Part shown: positions 60,107 to 62,374 of the stretch, in pieces | How the letters are laid out: every line of letters begins with the position of its first letter | How positions within the stretch are numbered: position 1 is the first letter of the stretch | From: Actinomycetes bacterium | Lineage (GTDB): Bacteria; Actinomycetota; Actinomycetes; S36-B12; UBA5976 | NCBI GenBank assembly: GCA_014190035.1 | Contig: BJFU01000003.1 | Span: forward strand, 1 to 62,374 | Reading direction: 5' to 3' | DNA: 62,374 nt | Program-made: the position numbers and the translations under genes | Notes under the pieces: model-generated | The model's input: the letters and a program-made list of their open reading frames with translations, nothing else | What the model was told of the DNA's origin: nothing | Databases searched by the model: none

Positions 60107-60118
60107 GTCTTAAACTAA

Positions 60119-60148
60119 AAAAGCCCCAACAGTCTTGTTGGGGCTTTT
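60119..60148. terminator. Intrinsic, probably bidirectional terminator
   Basis: AAAAGCCCCAACA-gtct-TGTTGGGGCTTTT between convergent genes. Confidence 0.88.
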
Positions 60149-60159
60149 ATTTGTTTAGG

Positions 60160-60324
60160 TCAACTTCCAAATATACGATTAAAAAAACTAGTTTGGTTTA
60201 CTTCTGGCTCAATACAAGTGCAGCGATCTGCTACAGGTACTCCTTGCAATGCATATTCAATATGCTCGCCACAACCACTCCAGGTGACTTTGTTGCACTT
60301 TCGGCACTGAACTGGACTACACAT
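60160..60324 (-). CDS. 54-aa Cys-rich putative metal-binding protein (missing from the ORF track)
   Basis: Manual translation: MCSPVQCRKCNKVTWSGCGEHIEYALQGVPVADRCTCIEPEVNQTSFFNRIFGS*. Confidence 0.75.
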   Translation of the reverse strand: MCSPVQCRKCNKVTWSGCGEHIEYALQGVPVADRCTCIEPEVNQTSFFNRIFGS

Positions 60325-60380
60325 TAAATTTGTACCGGTTTCTGTTGAATTACCTCAACAAAACCAGTCTAGTGCTTAAT

Positions 60381-60707
60381 TTAAGGAACTAATAAAACCT
60401 GTCCTGCATAGACATTTGATCCATTAATCACGTTTAAATCCATAATTTGATCAATAACTGCGCGCGGATCAATTTCCGGATTCACCCGCGCTGCAATGGT
60501 CCAAAGAGTTTCTCCTGGGGCAACCACAATTTGAGTGGTTGTTGAATTTGTTGTTTCGTTAGAAGCATTCGCACTTGAAGTGGCTATTCCGAAAAGGGAA
60601 ACAAGTGAGATTGCGAGCATGGTGGCAAAGCTCAGGGTAGAGAGCACTAAACGGCCTCTACGGGTCAATTTGATGGGTGAAACAGCTACGGGTGCCAGGG
60701 TTGTCAT
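60381..60707 (-). CDS. SOS-induced membrane-anchored LysM protein (ChiZ/YneA-like division inhibitor); start taken at ATG 60707
   Basis: KLTRRGR, TM, LysM ([10 protein letters not shown]...N...GQ.L.VP); divergent from lexA; AGAGAGG RBS. Confidence 0.85.
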   Translation of the reverse strand: MTTLAPVAVSPIKLTRRGRLVLSTLSFATMLAISLVSLFGIATSSANASNETTNSTTTQIVVAPGETLWTIAARVNPEIDPRAVIDQIMDLNVINGSNVYAGQVLLVP

Positions 60708-60720
60708 ATAAGCCTCTCTT

Positions 60721-60800
60721 TCGAACACTTGTTCGATTATTGCATACCCAGGCGACATTTGGCAAGTCAAACCGAACAGGTGTTTGAAACATTTGTTCGA
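60721..60800. promoter_or_regulatory. Three LexA SOS boxes in the lexA/LysM divergent promoter
   Basis: TCGAACacttGTTCGA (60721-60736), CCGAACaggtGTTTGA (60772-60787), TGAAACatttGTTCGA (60785-60800). Confidence 0.9.
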
Positions 60801-60818
60801 ATGGGCTACTCTAGGGAT

Positions 60819-61511
60819 ATGACAAAAAACAACGTGAGTGAATTGCCTGATTCAGGCCCAGATGGTGATGGTCTAACCGCCCGCCAAAGACGCATTTTAG
60901 AAGTAATCGAGGAAGCCGTTCGAGATAGAGGCTTTCCCCCAACCGTTCGAGAGATCGCTGAATTAGTAGGCCTGGCCTCCCCAGCATCTGTTGCTCATCA
61001 ATTATCAGCTTTAGAAAGAAAAGGTTTTATTAAAAGAGATCCAAATTCACCTCGCGCAATTGATGTGATGATGCCATCTAAATCTGGGGTTGAGATTGAT
61101 GGATTAATTGGTGGAGTAAGTGGAGAACAAACTCCTGATGCAGCATTTGTGCCATTACTTGGTCGCATTGCAGCAGGTGGACCAATCTTGGCTGAAGAAT
61201 CAATTGAAACTGTTTATCCATTACCAAGAGAACTAGTTGGCAATGGCGAATTATTTATGCTCACAGTTGTGGGAGATTCCATGATTGATGCTGCAATTTG
61301 TCATGGTGACAAAGTTGTTATTAAGAAACAAGATGATGCCCAAAATGGTGACATTGTGGCTGCCCTTCTAGGTGATGAAGCAACAGTTAAAACATTGAAA
61401 CGCAAAGATGGACATGTGTGGTTAATGCCAGCAAATCCAGATTACGAACCAATCAATGGTGATCACGCCAAGATTCTTGGTCGCGTGGTTACTGTGATGA
61501 GAAAGCTTTAA
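60819..61511 (+). CDS. lexA: LexA repressor (start taken at ATG 60819, probably leaderless)
   Basis: [18 protein letters not shown] wHTH, IAAG cleavage site, GDSM Ser and TVK Lys; TACTCT -10 element 6 nt upstream. Confidence 0.96.
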   Translation: MTKNNVSELPDSGPDGDGLTARQRRILEVIEEAVRDRGFPPTVREIAELVGLASPASVAHQLSALERKGFIKRDPNSPRAIDVMMPSKSGVEIDGLIGGVSGEQTPDAAFVPLLGRIAAGGPILAEESIETVYPLPRELVGNGELFMLTVVGDSMIDAAICHGDKVVIKKQDDAQNGDIVAALLGDEATVKTLKRKDGHVWLMPANPDYEPINGDHAKILGRVVTVMRKL

Positions 61512-61539
61512 TTAGTTCTTAATCACTTAAGATGGTTTT

Positions 61540-62205
61540 GTGCTTAATTTTGCATTAGCTCGAGGTTATGTATTTCTAAAAGCTGCTCATTTTGGTCCCA
61601 CCGTAATGGTTACCACCATTACCTTTTTGTTGGCGCTTTCCCAGTTTTCACCAATTGATGCACTCAGAGTTGCTATAGCAATATTTGCAGGTCAATTAGT
61701 TGTTGGTTGGAGCAATGATCTTATTGATGCTCCCCTAGATATCGCAGCACAGAGAGAAAAGAAACCTATTGTTAGTAAAGAAATAGATCCTGAACAATTA
61801 AAGAAATCAATTGTATTTGCACTAGTTGCAGCTCTTTTACTTTCCTTGATAAGTCCATTGGGAATAACTGGAACTCTCATTCACTTTCTAGGAATCTTGA
61901 GTGCAACGTTTTATAACCTTAAACTTAAATCAACAATTCTTTCTCCACTGCCCTACCTAGTCTCTTTTGGATCACTTCCTTGGGCAATATATTTATCAGC
62001 AGGAAATCATCCGCCACTGTGGCTATATCTAGATTTTATGCTCATCGCAGTTGCTTTTCATTTCTTCAATGTTTTAAAAGATTTTCAATGGGATATCAAT
62101 CAAGGAGTTTTGGGAATTCCCCAGCGATTGGGCAAAAAAGCTAGTTTGGTTATATCAATTTTACTTGTTATTTCAGCAATATTAGTTTTGATTTTTCTTC
62201 ATTAA
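61540..62205 (+). CDS. UbiA family prenyltransferase
   Basis: GW.NDLIDAPLD...R.KKP and HF.NVLKD..WD Asp-rich motifs in a multi-TM protein. Confidence 0.8.
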   Translation: MLNFALARGYVFLKAAHFGPTVMVTTITFLLALSQFSPIDALRVAIAIFAGQLVVGWSNDLIDAPLDIAAQREKKPIVSKEIDPEQLKKSIVFALVAALLLSLISPLGITGTLIHFLGILSATFYNLKLKSTILSPLPYLVSFGSLPWAIYLSAGNHPPLWLYLDFMLIAVAFHFFNVLKDFQWDINQGVLGIPQRLGKKASLVISILLVISAILVLIFLH

Positions 62206-62374
62206 AAATTACCCGTTTACCTAAAAAACGGGGAATTACCCAGGCTGGAGCGGATAAATCCCTCATCCTCCGCCAGAACCTATAAGCAGATCAGATATCT
62301 CGCTCTCGCCAGGCCAAGACCATTGATGGCATAGATGAAAAAGCAAAGAGGGTAGCAATTATTAAATAGCTTCC

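Noticed and set aside
62207-62374. Hairpin AATTACCCGTTT/AAACGGGGAATT and GC-richer sequence at the window end
   Set aside because: It is truncated by the window edge; it could be a terminator, promoter or gene end, and no RNA family is recognisable.

Overview
An AT-rich, gene-dense chromosomal window from a streamlined Actinomycetota genome. Gene content and order resemble freshwater Nanopelagicales-type actinobacteria, which is an inference. It holds the dnaE-rluD-lspA-ileS-divIVA block and a complete dcw (cell wall/division) cluster. That cluster is interrupted between ftsQ and ftsZ by an oppositely oriented ~7.2 kb block carrying pntAa/Ab/B, two translationally coupled Cas4/AddB-like PD-(D/E)XK nucleases and gabD. 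Next come a phosphatidylcholine synthase, a LexA-boxed dnaE2-dinB operon with a long, highly structured leader, a carotenoid cluster, an Rpf-like muralytic enzyme, aroF/pfk/plsC, trpD, the ctaE-qcrCAB respiratory operon and the lexA/LysM SOS locus. No rRNA, tRNA, CRISPR array, transposase or prophage was seen. The two strongest novelty candidates are (i) a helicase-free nuclease pair with three Fe-S staple folds and an SSB-like DEDIPF tail, and (ii) a four-hairpin SOS leader RNA whose C-rich loops recur (CUUCCCC) in the dnaE1 and rsmH leaders and complement the GGGGAA-type ribosome-binding sites of division genes.
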